A stretch of DNA of 64,000 bases from Escherichia phage I29: the sequence record ON286975; one strand, given 5' to 3'. The notes below the pieces were generated by a model, which worked only from the letters and a program-made list of their open reading frames with translations, made no database searches and had not been told where the DNA came from. A program made the position numbers and the translations under genes. Of the stretch, positions 9,884 through 19,671 are shown in pieces. Position 1 is the first letter of the stretch, and each line of letters opens with the position of its first letter.

Positions 9884-10561
9884 TTAGTGCGGTCCACTTG
9901 TCTCGCCATCAGGGCAAGAGTGGGTATGACCTTTATATTCTGCATAGAATGAATCCAAATCCACACCAGCAGCAGTTATAATTCTACCAGATGGGTCTAT
10001 TGTGGCACCATTCATTCTGATATTTCCATCCACAGCAGCTCGCAAATTGGCAGCACCGTTAGTGAAAGAAAACTCCCCGCTGCTGTCGCACCGTAATGTC
10101 CCACCCGGTGTTTGAAGCTCAAAATCTCCAGAAGGTGTCAGTTTAAAATAGACCTTATCATTCCATAACTCTACGTTATCAGGATCGATCTGTAAAGCGT
10201 TTGAGTCTGAATGAACAGAGGTTATTGCCCACCCAGGAAACAGGCCGTGAGTTTGTTGATCGTCGTTATTGTTTTCATTTCTCTCTGAAAACTGCAATCC
10301 TACAACATCACCAGCTTTAATAGGAAGTGTTAACCTTGCCTTTCCACTGTTTGCAGACATCACTTGAATTGGAACGTCATAGATAAGAGGGTATCTCTCC
10401 ACATCTCCATCATCAAACGTGGTTTCAGCTATTGGCTGCACGGCTGCAGAAGGGATACTGTAGTCTACACTGACAACTCTGGCCCTGATACTGGTGTGGT
10501 AGTCCCTCATTATTTTTTCTATAAAGGATCTTACAGCAGCATCTTTCCTATTTATTGCCAT
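9884..10561 (-). CDS. baseplate central spike-like protein (gpV / Mu gp45-like)
   Basis: 225 aa; C-terminal HTHSCPDGETSGPH resembles the His-rich apex of gpV-type spikes; located downstream of tape measure and hub-like genes. Confidence 0.5.
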   Translation of the reverse strand: MAINRKDAAVRSFIEKIMRDYHTSIRARVVSVDYSIPSAAVQPIAETTFDDGDVERYPLIYDVPIQVMSANSGKARLTLPIKAGDVVGLQFSERNENNNDDQQTHGLFPGWAITSVHSDSNALQIDPDNVELWNDKVYFKLTPSGDFELQTPGGTLRCDSSGEFSFTNGAANLRAAVDGNIRMNGATIDPSGRIITAAGVDLDSFYAEYKGHTHSCPDGETSGPH

Positions 10562-11565
10562 TATACCTCCTCAGTTTTGTCAACAACCCCACCGACTGTT
10601 TCCCCAAGGCCAAGCTCTGTGATGTAATCACCTCCTTCTATGGTTCCTTTATGATGCACCGTGATCACCTTATAGAAGCCTGTATATTGCTTGCTTTTAA
10701 GATAAATAGTGGACTCTGGGAGGATAGCTCCGTTAAGGCATGTGGTTACAGTAAGGCCAACATCCTCTCTCGGGTTTTTCTTTTTCTTTTTAGATGTCGA
10801 ACCACCTTTGGCAGCAGCTTTAGCTTTTCGTTTTTTAGCAGGTTCTGGATTTTTAGGGGTAGGAGATCCGTGCATCCCAGACTCTGCACTTATTTCAAAC
10901 ACAGAGTCTTTGAACCTTTTTCCAACCTTGGTCCAATACAAAGCCCCATCCTGAACGCTAAATGTGGAGTTGGTCAGCCTTGCAAACCTGCGGAGGTTCT
11001 CTGCAGTGTTTCCAGAGAAAGCCATAGAGTATTGTAAAGTCTGGTTTCCAAAACCAACAACCCTACCTTTTGGCAAGTTCATATCCTTCAGTAGGTCATT
11101 AAGCACAGAGTTCAGAGGCGTGCCTTTCTGATAAGATCTTGTGCTTTGGCACTTAATGATGTTCTCAGTGCCATCCCCAAAGATGAACTTAGTTTTTCTG
11201 GTAGGGCCTTCCCATCTGTCTTCAACAAACTCCACAGTTCCGGAGAATATCAACTGGTTCTCATTATCATAGCCAGCTTCAAACATAACTGCAAGGGCAT
11301 CAGCCTGATGCATATCCAAGTAGTTAACTGTATCGTCAGACAGGTTGTAAACTGTCACATAACCTTTGTTTGGCTCTTTGGTATTGTCCTTTTGTATGTC
11401 AAACTCTATATTGGCAGCACCAGTGTCCGAGCTAACTTCATAAACTCCGGAATCACTCTCCCCTTTCTTTTCAACAGATTTTGGGATATTGGTTTTTGAT
11501 TTGCCGCCATGTTCTACAGGACGACCAAACAATAATCGCCATGTTCTACGTCTGTACTCTGCCAT
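10561..11565 (-). CDS. baseplate hub-like protein (hypothetical)
   Basis: 334-aa ORF overlapping the spike gene start; Lys-rich internal stretch; assignment by position. Confidence 0.4.
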   Translation of the reverse strand: MAEYRRRTWRLLFGRPVEHGGKSKTNIPKSVEKKGESDSGVYEVSSDTGAANIEFDIQKDNTKEPNKGYVTVYNLSDDTVNYLDMHQADALAVMFEAGYDNENQLIFSGTVEFVEDRWEGPTRKTKFIFGDGTENIIKCQSTRSYQKGTPLNSVLNDLLKDMNLPKGRVVGFGNQTLQYSMAFSGNTAENLRRFARLTNSTFSVQDGALYWTKVGKRFKDSVFEISAESGMHGSPTPKNPEPAKKRKAKAAAKGGSTSKKKKKNPREDVGLTVTTCLNGAILPESTIYLKSKQYTGFYKVITVHHKGTIEGGDYITELGLGETVGGVVDKTEEV

Positions 11566-11945
11566 TATTCTAACCCTTGCTGTTCCTTGTAAAGATCAAC
11601 CGGGGTGCCGTATACAAGTTGTAGCTCAGATCTCGCCCCAAGGTTATATCTTCCAACCCTGCCCCAATATTGATCGTCTTTAAACGACAGCGCCATCAGT
11701 CTACCTTTCGGTAAATCATCTCTGTAATGCAGTCCGTCTAAAATATCTTGACAAGCTGTTACTTTTCTGGTTACTAAAGGACTGTCACCTACTGGACCAA
11801 GAGATAACCACCAGGACTCATCCCTCTCATTCCATTGCATACGCATTTCATACGTTTCATTGTCTAAAACAACACGCATGGTTTGATCAGGAAAGCCGTC
11901 AATGTCCCACACAAAGGTGATTATGCACCAATCTTTAAGCTCCAT
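11565..11945 (-). CDS. hypothetical tail protein
   Basis: 126-aa ORF, start/stop coupled to neighbours. Confidence 0.45.
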   Translation of the reverse strand: MELKDWCIITFVWDIDGFPDQTMRVVLDNETYEMRMQWNERDESWWLSLGPVGDSPLVTRKVTACQDILDGLHYRDDLPKGRLMALSFKDDQYWGRVGRYNLGARSELQLVYGTPVDLYKEQQGLE

Positions 11946-11957
11946 TATACGCTCCCC

Positions 11958-12842
11958 TTATTTCCCGTTAACTTTGTTGTAGTTTCCCTGCTCAGATGGG
12001 ACTATGGTAGAAGGTCTTCCATATTCCTGATAATACCAATCCGCAGCCGATTGGGTAACACCGTTTTCATCTGTCCACATCATAGATTTGTATGGCTGCC
12101 ACTCCTCTGCAGCGTTTGTGGATGCAGTGTCTGCGAATGCTCCTGTGTCCCTCTTGTTACCTACGTTACTACCATTCTTACAGTCGTTGACAGCGCCTTT
12201 TTGTTGGGTCTTGCCTACTTTCTTAGGATTGCTGTATACAGTTGCATTAACAACCTTATTCAAGTAGAATGTGCGGAACTCTGTAAGTTCTACATCAAAC
12301 ACCATTGCAGCGCCTTCACCAACAGACTTGTTGGCAGAAAGACTGGTTATGATGTAGTTCTCAAGAAGTCTCTCCTCGGTAACCAAAGAAACCAACTGGC
12401 GCTTATTAATGATCTCAGTCAAAGCCTCCAGTGCAGCGCCCGGTCGCATAGATGCTGCAGGGTTTTTAGAGTCAGTATTCCTGTCAATGTAGTTTTGCTC
12501 ATAGATTATATGTGGAGATGTATTTACCCTGCCAGTAAAAGAAAATACACCATCTTTAATTACAGCGTGGTCTGACAGGGTAGATTTATCTTCCACCGCA
12601 AACCCAGTCTTATCAACAGAATGTTTGAAAGAGTAATTCTCAACCTGATCGAAGATAATGGCAAGATCGTTAGTAAAGTTTTTACCCTTCATCTCCGTAT
12701 TGCGACCACCATAGTTAAGACCGCTGACAAACATAGTATACTTTACATCGCTTTCAGTTTGCTGCTCTGCCTTTTCAGCCTTTGGAGATTTAACCTCTTG
12801 AGGCTTGTACAGGTCTTTTTCATCAACTATATTGCTTGGCAT
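11958..12842 (-). CDS. hypothetical tail protein (immediately downstream of tape measure)
   Basis: 294-aa ORF; position after tape measure gene. Confidence 0.45.
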   Translation of the reverse strand: MPSNIVDEKDLYKPQEVKSPKAEKAEQQTESDVKYTMFVSGLNYGGRNTEMKGKNFTNDLAIIFDQVENYSFKHSVDKTGFAVEDKSTLSDHAVIKDGVFSFTGRVNTSPHIIYEQNYIDRNTDSKNPAASMRPGAALEALTEIINKRQLVSLVTEERLLENYIITSLSANKSVGEGAAMVFDVELTEFRTFYLNKVVNATVYSNPKKVGKTQQKGAVNDCKNGSNVGNKRDTGAFADTASTNAAEEWQPYKSMMWTDENGVTQSAADWYYQEYGRPSTIVPSEQGNYNKVNGK

Positions 12843-12946
12843 AACCTCTCCAGGACACTCCTATACCATCTAGATATTGTATCATAAAATAGCCGTTTTT
12901 ACAACACCGATAAAATAAAGGGGGCCGGAGCCCCCTGCACAGTTTA

Positions 12947-15283
12947 TTACCAAAGGTCGGTAGACATGAAGTTGATATCTTTATTGTTCTCCCACTCAAG
13001 TTTTGCATCAAATATTTTGTTAAACTCACCCTCATCTATTGAAATCGTGATTTTCCCATCACTGATCTCTAAAGGTAGCATTTCCATAGTTCTTAATTGA
13101 GAAGCAAAACCAGGGCCACCCGGCAACGGAAGAGTCCCGCCCGGTAAGGTGTCCAAAGGATTAACAAACCCGTTACCTCCCGATATGATATCTTTGCGAA
13201 TCATATCGCTGATAGTGTCCAGCTGCTGATTTCTTTCACTTAGTGGGTTGTAACGGTCATTAAATAATTCCCCGGCGCTTAGTATTGTACCGATAATGCC
13301 CAGCTTACCGAGCAGACCAACTTTGCCACCAGGTGTCTTGAGGCCACCCCCACCTTTTCCTGCCGGAGCTCCACCACCAGATCCTTCTGTAGTAGCGGCA
13401 CCCGCTGCTCCGGCTGCACCCCTTAGAGAGTTAAGGAATTTAAAGGTTTTTACAAGCATGGATGCCATGACAAAACCTTTTGTTAGGGCATTGACTACCA
13501 GCATGATGGCAGCAGCAAACCCTGCCCATTTAGCATAGCTAAAGGTGTCATGAAGCTCTTCAGAATATTCCTTCGTCTTAGCTGTTATGAATCCCCATTT
13601 AATCCCCCATTCAAGGAAAAACATGCGGATCTTGACTATGGTGTTGTTTAGTTCACCAACTACCCAGTTAAGGCCTCTCACAAACCCGCTAACAAAATCA
13701 CCAGAGGCATCCCACACAAATTGCAGAGTCTCACCAGTGCGGATTAGTGTATAATAGAACTCTGTTAGTTCGTCGGACCAACGGGTGAACAGTTTCTGAC
13801 GAGTCAGTTCGATGAAGGTTTTCAGTCTGTTTTCTGCCAGCACGTTAGACTTCTGCATTCTTTCATAACCAGCTGCAGATGCCTCGTTCATGTACTTAGC
13901 CACATACTTCATGATCTTGGCTGTTTTAACCTCACCTTTCTTCATCATGTCCATGAACTGATCCATGGAGAGTTCAGAAAGACCAAAAGCCTCTTTGGTG
14001 GCCTTGATAAAAGGTTCGTATGCACCGGGCAATGCTTCAGCAAGTTGTTGCTTCAGTTCTTCGGACATTACTTGTCCCTTGCCAAGCATCTGTTGGATAG
14101 CCATAATACCGCGCTGGTATTTTACCTCATCGGCACCATAAGCAGCAGCATACTGTGAGTATGCAGAAAACAGCTCATGCACTTCCTGATTTGTCATCTG
14201 GTTTTTGGCGTTTACCGACATCTGGGCGTAACCTTGAAGACCAGATTTGAGATCAAAACCAAGACGCATAGCCTCTTGCTGGACAAACGCAACCTCACTG
14301 TTGGCTTTGTTTGGATCTCCAGTAACAGCAGTAAGAGCAGCACTTGCCCCCTCCATCATGTGACCGGATCTGTTAACCGCAGCAAATCCAGAAAAAGCCG
14401 TATACGCAGCTGTTGCATTAATAACAGATCTACGTAAGTCTCTCATGGCATCGCCTAGTGTAAGCGTTTGGCTGGTGGCGCTTTTAAACCCAGACTGCAG
14501 CGCTGACAGGTGGGCGTTAAAGGTTGACTTCTTCATCTCCCCGCGAGCAAACCTGGACTCTAACTCTGAGTATCCTGGTAAGCTTCCACGGAATCCGGCC
14601 CCATACTTGGCAGAAAGTCTTATCGCGGAGTTGTAGAGGTGGGTTCTCCTTGCCTCACGATCCGACATAAGCTTATTATCCATACCAGCTTTACTGTCTC
14701 TTCTTAGCTGTCTATGATAACGATTCATAGCGGCTGTCTGAGCTTTCACAAGGTTAGGGTCGGAAGCCACACCACCCATATTAGGGTTACCGGGGATATA
14801 TTTGAAAGATTTGGCATTAGCCAAAACTCTTGCCTTAGGTGCCTTATAACCACCGTAAGACACTGGTGCAGATTTGGCAGCCTTTTTGGCCTCTTTAGCT
14901 TGCTGCTGGTAGAACTTACGCATCCTAGCCATTTCTGGATTTTTAGCGGTAAGATTACCTACAGCTTGTTTACGTCTCGCATTCTCCCTACGTTCTATTG
15001 CAGCCCTTACTGCAGCCTCTTTCTTGGCCTGTGCTACGCTCTCTCTGTGCAGTTTAGCATTTGCCTGAGATTGCTGTCTGGCAACCCGCTGCATTGTCTG
15101 CTGGGTTTTAACAGCTACCGCCTGCCATCTGCTCATGGGGTTGGCTGAGTTAAAATCTTCGCCCAGTTTCCTGAACTCCCTCCCAATACTGCGAATTTTC
15201 TCTACAGCTTTTTTGTAGGAGGAGTTCTCTATCTCAAAGCCAATCTTGTTGACTGTTGTGGCAACTATTTTGTTTGTAGCCAT
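12947..15283 (-). CDS. tail tape measure protein
   Basis: 778 aa, Ala/Gln/Lys-rich helical sequence with Gly-rich segment (GAAGAAGAATTEGSGGGAPAGKGGGGLKTPGG); located after the chaperone gene pair. Confidence 0.8.
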   Translation of the reverse strand: MATNKIVATTVNKIGFEIENSSYKKAVEKIRSIGREFRKLGEDFNSANPMSRWQAVAVKTQQTMQRVARQQSQANAKLHRESVAQAKKEAAVRAAIERRENARRKQAVGNLTAKNPEMARMRKFYQQQAKEAKKAAKSAPVSYGGYKAPKARVLANAKSFKYIPGNPNMGGVASDPNLVKAQTAAMNRYHRQLRRDSKAGMDNKLMSDREARRTHLYNSAIRLSAKYGAGFRGSLPGYSELESRFARGEMKKSTFNAHLSALQSGFKSATSQTLTLGDAMRDLRRSVINATAAYTAFSGFAAVNRSGHMMEGASAALTAVTGDPNKANSEVAFVQQEAMRLGFDLKSGLQGYAQMSVNAKNQMTNQEVHELFSAYSQYAAAYGADEVKYQRGIMAIQQMLGKGQVMSEELKQQLAEALPGAYEPFIKATKEAFGLSELSMDQFMDMMKKGEVKTAKIMKYVAKYMNEASAAGYERMQKSNVLAENRLKTFIELTRQKLFTRWSDELTEFYYTLIRTGETLQFVWDASGDFVSGFVRGLNWVVGELNNTIVKIRMFFLEWGIKWGFITAKTKEYSEELHDTFSYAKWAGFAAAIMLVVNALTKGFVMASMLVKTFKFLNSLRGAAGAAGAATTEGSGGGAPAGKGGGGLKTPGGKVGLLGKLGIIGTILSAGELFNDRYNPLSERNQQLDTISDMIRKDIISGGNGFVNPLDTLPGGTLPLPGGPGFASQLRTMEMLPLEISDGKITISIDEGEFNKIFDAKLEWENNKDINFMSTDLW

Positions 15284-15337
15284 GGTTTCCTCATAATAAA
15301 AAGGGCCAGATCCCAGAAAAGGAATCCGGCCCTTAGA

Positions 15338-15586
15338 TTATCCTCTCCTGCGCTTAGCTTTCGCAGCAGCTGCGGCAGCCTTCTGCTCCCGCTCCATTTC
15401 CCTGTTTTGGACGGTATCTAGGAATTCTTCGATATCAAGATACTCACAGAGCTTCAGGAAATACGCCATATCTGCAAGATTTAGCGATTCAAAATTTTCC
15501 CCTTTGAAATTCTTGAGCACCCTGCACCAAAGAAAGTCGAACCAGTTGAGTGAACTGTTCTTGGCTGCCCACTCACTGGCCCTCAC
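15338..15586 (-). CDS. tail assembly chaperone, downstream frame (possible frameshift extension)
   Basis: 82-aa ORF with GTG start at 15586; its frame is open upstream across the stop of 15598..16071 (own translation ...DSGRAGISKVV-MRA...), the usual G/GT arrangement before a tape measure gene. Confidence 0.35.
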   Translation of the reverse strand: MRASEWAAKNSSLNWFDFLWCRVLKNFKGENFESLNLADMAYFLKLCEYLDIEEFLDTVQNREMEREQKAAAAAAKAKRRRG

Positions 15587-15597
15587 AACAACCTTAC

Positions 15598-16071
15598 TTA
15601 TTCCTGCTCTTCCGGAGTCTGATCCAGGTTGTTCACCTGCTGAATCATACCCATCTGCTGTAACATCTCCAGAAGGCTTCCTAAACCGTCTTGTGTGAAA
15701 AAACAGCCGTAGTTAACCTCCAGAACCTTACCTGCCAGCTTAATCATCTCCAGCAGATGCCCTGCAAACACAACATCCGGGTTAAGCTTATCCACACCAT
15801 CTACGGTAATATCTTCGAACAAGATTTTAAATAACTCTTCAATAGAATTATCATCAAGTTCTTGGAACAGGTAAGCCAGAGCAGTAGGAAGGACCTCTGC
15901 CATATTCTGACCACCAGAGATAATAGATCCACCGATAGCACCTAGCGGGACAGCCACAATCTTACCGATTTTAGGCATGTTTTTCATTGCTTTCATCGGT
16001 CCCCAGTGGGTGATCACAAAGTTGTGCCCTGCTAAATCAATCTCTGTTGTAGGTCTAAAGTTTATAGCCAT
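15598..16071 (-). CDS. tail assembly chaperone (gpG-like)
   Basis: 157-aa acidic ORF directly upstream of the tape measure gene; RBS AAGGATG upstream of the ATG. Confidence 0.45.
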   Translation of the reverse strand: MAINFRPTTEIDLAGHNFVITHWGPMKAMKNMPKIGKIVAVPLGAIGGSIISGGQNMAEVLPTALAYLFQELDDNSIEELFKILFEDITVDGVDKLNPDVVFAGHLLEMIKLAGKVLEVNYGCFFTQDGLGSLLEMLQQMGMIQQVNNLDQTPEEQE

Positions 16072-16114
16072 TTTATAGCATCCTTATTAGTCATGTTGTG
16101 CACCATATTTGTGT

Positions 16115-16143
16115 ATTTTACCATGATTATGGTGCATTGTCAA
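16115..16143 (-). promoter_or_regulatory. sigma70-like promoter (TTGACA-17-TAAAAT) upstream of chaperone/tape-measure genes
   Basis: Minus-strand reading TTGACAatgcaccataatcatggTAAAAT. Confidence 0.5.
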
Positions 16144-16180
16144 TTTAACCTTTCAAGCAATTCAAGAACGTGTGTCAAAA

Positions 16181-16212
16181 CCATAAAAGCAAAAAGCCCC
16201 ACCCTAAGGTGA
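16181..16212 (-). terminator. intrinsic terminator after tube-like gene
   Basis: Minus-strand AGCCTCACC-TTAG-GGTGGGGCT (9-bp stem) followed by TTTTTGCTTTT. Confidence 0.65.
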
Positions 16213-16233
16213 GGCTTATGCTAAAATGTGCCC

Positions 16234-16707
16234 TTAGATAATACCTGCAAGACCTGCGAGGCCAGTGAGAGCACCAGTAATGTTATCACGGTTGAGCCAT
16301 GCATCCAGAATACCGATATCCCAGTCCAGTTGACCTACTTCGGTTCCGTAAGTCAGGTCAGGCTGTTTCTGGATCCAACCGATTGTGGAAATACCAGGGC
16401 CCTGGCTACCTTCCAGCAGAACCGGGAAGAATACCAGGCCAGTAATAGATGCCTGTTTCTGCCAGTCAGAAAGGTAAGCGTTCCATACAGAAGTGTTCTG
16501 CAAAGACACAGTCATAACACCAGATTGGTTACGGGACAGAGCTGCAGACATTTCACCATCCACACCAACGTGAGGATAAATGTTGTCTTCGTTTCTTGAA
16601 ACAACAATCTTGGTGTCAGCAGCGAAGCCAGTGACACGCTGCTGCATCAGATACAGTTTGACCTTTTTAGGGTCATACGCATAAGGAGTTAAAATTTGAG
16701 TTTCCAT
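16234..16707 (-). CDS. tail tube-like protein
   Basis: 157-aa ORF between the 458-aa sheath-like gene and the chaperone pair; assignment by gene order. Confidence 0.4.
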   Translation of the reverse strand: METQILTPYAYDPKKVKLYLMQQRVTGFAADTKIVVSRNEDNIYPHVGVDGEMSAALSRNQSGVMTVSLQNTSVWNAYLSDWQKQASITGLVFFPVLLEGSQGPGISTIGWIQKQPDLTYGTEVGQLDWDIGILDAWLNRDNITGALTGLAGLAGII

Positions 16708-16717
16708 CTAGGCTTCC

Positions 16718-18094
16718 TTATTCAGTCATTGCAACAGCATTGGTGGATTTAGAACCAACTTTGTCCAGAAGGACGTTGATCCGGATACGAACGAAGTGCA
16801 GGGCGTTGTTATACACCAGTTCTACTTTCACACCTTCCAGAACACGAGCAGCCAACTGATTGGTTGGGATTTCTGCACGTTTAGGAACTGTGATGATCGG
16901 GTCGTAGAACACATTGTTGTCTTCGTCAAAACCTGTCAGGATCGCGCCATTCTTAATGCCAGTATTGATCGGGTTGTTCATCAGAACAGACTTGATAACC
17001 GGAAGATCATCATCAGACATCTTCATGCTTAAACCCATGTTGGAGCGACGATGCATGTACCCAAACATAGATTCTTCAGATCTGAACTTGATCCAGTGTG
17101 CAAAACGAATAGCGTCTGCATACTGACCTGAAGCACACTTACCTTCCCAGAAAGCGCCAACACCGTTAATCATTCTGTAGAAGTTAACGTGGTTTTCCCA
17201 AATAGCCATACGCTGAGTTAAAGTCAGAGACGGTGCAATCACACCTGGCATCTGTTTTAAGTGCAAGCTGTCGCCGTAAGACGGATCGTTGGATGCCATA
17301 GCACCTATGATACCACCCTCCGGGAAGTCCTTATCTGCACGAGGATCGTACATGCCGACACTGTCATATTGTGCAGATTTCAGTTTGGTGGCGATGTTAT
17401 TATCTTTACCAGTCACATCTTCTGCAGTAGAGTAGACATGCAGCTTGTAGTTAGCCTGAGCCCACTTAGCACATGCTTCAATGTCGGTGTGGTCTTCATG
17501 GCACAGGAAGTACCAATTGTCACGCTCAGCATTGATCTTATCAACTACTGTAGAAGGTTTTTCAGCATTGGCGATATTTTTGATTGTATAGTTACCAGTA
17601 TGGTAACCAACAGTACAGTCACCAGTGATGGTGATAACACCATCAGCAGCCTCTACAGTGATATCGTCCAAGTTATCATCTGCTTCGATTTTAGTCTTCA
17701 TTGACTCTGCAATCTGAGTTGCAGCTGTTCCACCAGAGATAGGGACTATCAAAGAGGTATTGTAGCTACCTTTTGCAATAGTCATTACGACATCGGTATC
17801 AGCTGCGGCAGCAATACCTTTAAAATCTACAGTGGTCTTTTCTTTGGCCTGTCTGCCGATCATAACGTATTGTGGAGGGAATACACCACCAAAAGCTTTT
17901 GCTGCAAACTCATACGCTGCAGAGCCTTGTGCGAAACCATCTTCCACCATCTGATCCAGCTCTGCATATACGCGAGCTCGCTCAGTAAAGTTGTTGTGGA
18001 TAGCGATGAACAGGGGAGTTTCGAAACCTACAGTGTCAATAGGCTGGGTTCCGAGGTTAACTGTAACATCTACCACTTTATCTAAATATGGCAT
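16718..18094 (-). CDS. major tail protein, sheath-like
   Basis: 458-aa ORF followed by tube-size ORF, chaperones, tape measure and gpV-like spike, which fits a contractile-tail order; it could alternatively be a siphovirus major tail protein. Confidence 0.45.
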   Translation of the reverse strand: MPYLDKVVDVTVNLGTQPIDTVGFETPLFIAIHNNFTERARVYAELDQMVEDGFAQGSAAYEFAAKAFGGVFPPQYVMIGRQAKEKTTVDFKGIAAAADTDVVMTIAKGSYNTSLIVPISGGTAATQIAESMKTKIEADDNLDDITVEAADGVITITGDCTVGYHTGNYTIKNIANAEKPSTVVDKINAERDNWYFLCHEDHTDIEACAKWAQANYKLHVYSTAEDVTGKDNNIATKLKSAQYDSVGMYDPRADKDFPEGGIIGAMASNDPSYGDSLHLKQMPGVIAPSLTLTQRMAIWENHVNFYRMINGVGAFWEGKCASGQYADAIRFAHWIKFRSEESMFGYMHRRSNMGLSMKMSDDDLPVIKSVLMNNPINTGIKNGAILTGFDEDNNVFYDPIITVPKRAEIPTNQLAARVLEGVKVELVYNNALHFVRIRINVLLDKVGSKSTNAVAMTE

Positions 18095-18166
18095 TTGTTT
18101 CCTCTTAATATCTGTGCACGGATATCAAACACGCAGTGTAATCATTACACTACACAATTATAACGA

Positions 18167-18718
18167 TTACTGACCACTGTCTGTAACCGCTTTACCAGAA
18201 TTGGGTGAAGGGAAGTGTGTGGTTATTTCAGCCTTAATTCCCTGAAGATCCTCAAAAGCCCCAATGTCTGTTTCAACAAACCTTACGTTAAATGTCAGCA
18301 TCACAGTGGCTCTATTTTCATACGTCTGCTTATTCAACGGCACTCTTTGAGGTGAGATTGTTGAATTGTTAGAGTAGGCAAAGCACGATCCCAGAGGGAA
18401 ATACTTGTCATAAAACATTGGAAGGTTTATTGCTTGCAATACTCTGCTAAGTGCAGCATATGCCCTGCCACGATAAGCTGTTAACAGATAAGTAACAGTG
18501 TAGCTGTGGGTGACGTAAGCATTACCCTCCGCATCTTGAAACTCATTATCTTCCCAAGTGGTGGGATTGATCGCCAAGGTTTGTAAGAGTACAAACTCAC
18601 CTTCCGGCTTCGGTATGGTAGAGCTTTCTGCCAGAACTACAGTTCTTCCTGTGGCAACCTTGACAAGCTTAGCAATGGTTGTTTCAAGATCAGAAAAAAC
18701 TTTTTCGAAAGCTTCCAT
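18167..18718 (-). CDS. hypothetical head-tail joining/tail completion protein
   Basis: 183-aa ORF; position between head and tail genes. Confidence 0.4.
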   Translation of the reverse strand: MEAFEKVFSDLETTIAKLVKVATGRTVVLAESSTIPKPEGEFVLLQTLAINPTTWEDNEFQDAEGNAYVTHSYTVTYLLTAYRGRAYAALSRVLQAINLPMFYDKYFPLGSCFAYSNNSTISPQRVPLNKQTYENRATVMLTFNVRFVETDIGAFEDLQGIKAEITTHFPSPNSGKAVTDSGQ

Positions 18719-19143
18719 CAGTTTTCTCCTTCAGGCTCTTCTACCACAAAAAATCTATATCTCCCACCACCAGAGGTAACATATGCATCGCATTTTAAAA
18801 CAGTAAACCATTTCAAGTCACCACGGATGTCAGGCAGCTGAATTTGGTCAGCCATTGCATATGTTCCTTCGTCCGGACTATACAACTTGGTTGAGGAGTA
18901 AACTGTAAAAGCCTCGTACTGTCTGTCACCTTCAGGGTTTATTTGAGAGGAGTAATCTTTAGCTGCCCTTCCTGTCAACGGCTGCACAACACACTCTAAG
19001 ACATCAAACTCTTCATACTCAAGTTCTAACCCCTCGTTGGCAAAAGGGCCACCAACTGTTTTGTTATACACTCTGTGGCGACCTTTGAATGTTTTACGAG
19101 GTATTAGTCTGTTCTTTCCTATCAGCTTATAACCTGCTGCCAC
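18718..19143 (-). CDS. hypothetical head-tail protein
   Basis: 141-aa ORF overlapping neighbour by 1 nt. Confidence 0.4.
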   Translation of the reverse strand: MAAGYKLIGKNRLIPRKTFKGRHRVYNKTVGGPFANEGLELEYEEFDVLECVVQPLTGRAAKDYSSQINPEGDRQYEAFTVYSSTKLYSPDEGTYAMADQIQLPDIRGDLKWFTVLKCDAYVTSGGGRYRFFVVEEPEGEN

Positions 19144-19159
19144 TCAACCCCCTTATTTT

Positions 19160-19630
19160 TTACTGTCCGATTTTAAAGGTTGCAGATTCAAGCAGCACAT
19201 CGTAATGCCGCATAGCCTCGTTGAAGCCTTTCTCTTGTGCCCACTGCTCGCTAACAGTAGGATTACTAAACTGCCCAGCCTCAATAACAAACTGGATAGC
19301 TTTGGCCCCTGTGTCCCCCATCTGCTTAAGAATAGCCTCTGCACTTGATCCTCTAGCCATAGCTCTCAACAATTTTTCTGTCAAGGTCTGTAGTTGAGTG
19401 CTGTGAAATGCAAAGGCTGTCTCCATGAAATTGCGAACAGGCAGCCCGTTCCAACCGAAGTTGTGAATGGCTGCCAATGTTGCCATATTTAAGCCTGACG
19501 GGTGAGGTTCATCATAAAAGCCGTAGGTTATTGTTTTACTTTCAAGTCTCACAAGTTCTTTGTAGAAGCTATCTAAACGCTTTAGGTTGAACCTTGTTTG
19601 ACATTTAACCTTTAGCATTATATCCCTCAC
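19160..19630 (-). CDS. hypothetical head-tail connector protein
   Basis: 156-aa ORF; position. Confidence 0.4.
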   Translation of the reverse strand: MRDIMLKVKCQTRFNLKRLDSFYKELVRLESKTITYGFYDEPHPSGLNMATLAAIHNFGWNGLPVRNFMETAFAFHSTQLQTLTEKLLRAMARGSSAEAILKQMGDTGAKAIQFVIEAGQFSNPTVSEQWAQEKGFNEAMRHYDVLLESATFKIGQ

Positions 19631-19671
19631 TAATGTATTTTACCACAAAGATACATCAAAAGCAACAATTT

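Noticed and set aside
19153-19344. 63-aa minus-strand ORF overlapping 19160..19630
   Set aside because: Alternative frame within a longer co-oriented ORF; the longer ORF fits the operon spacing.
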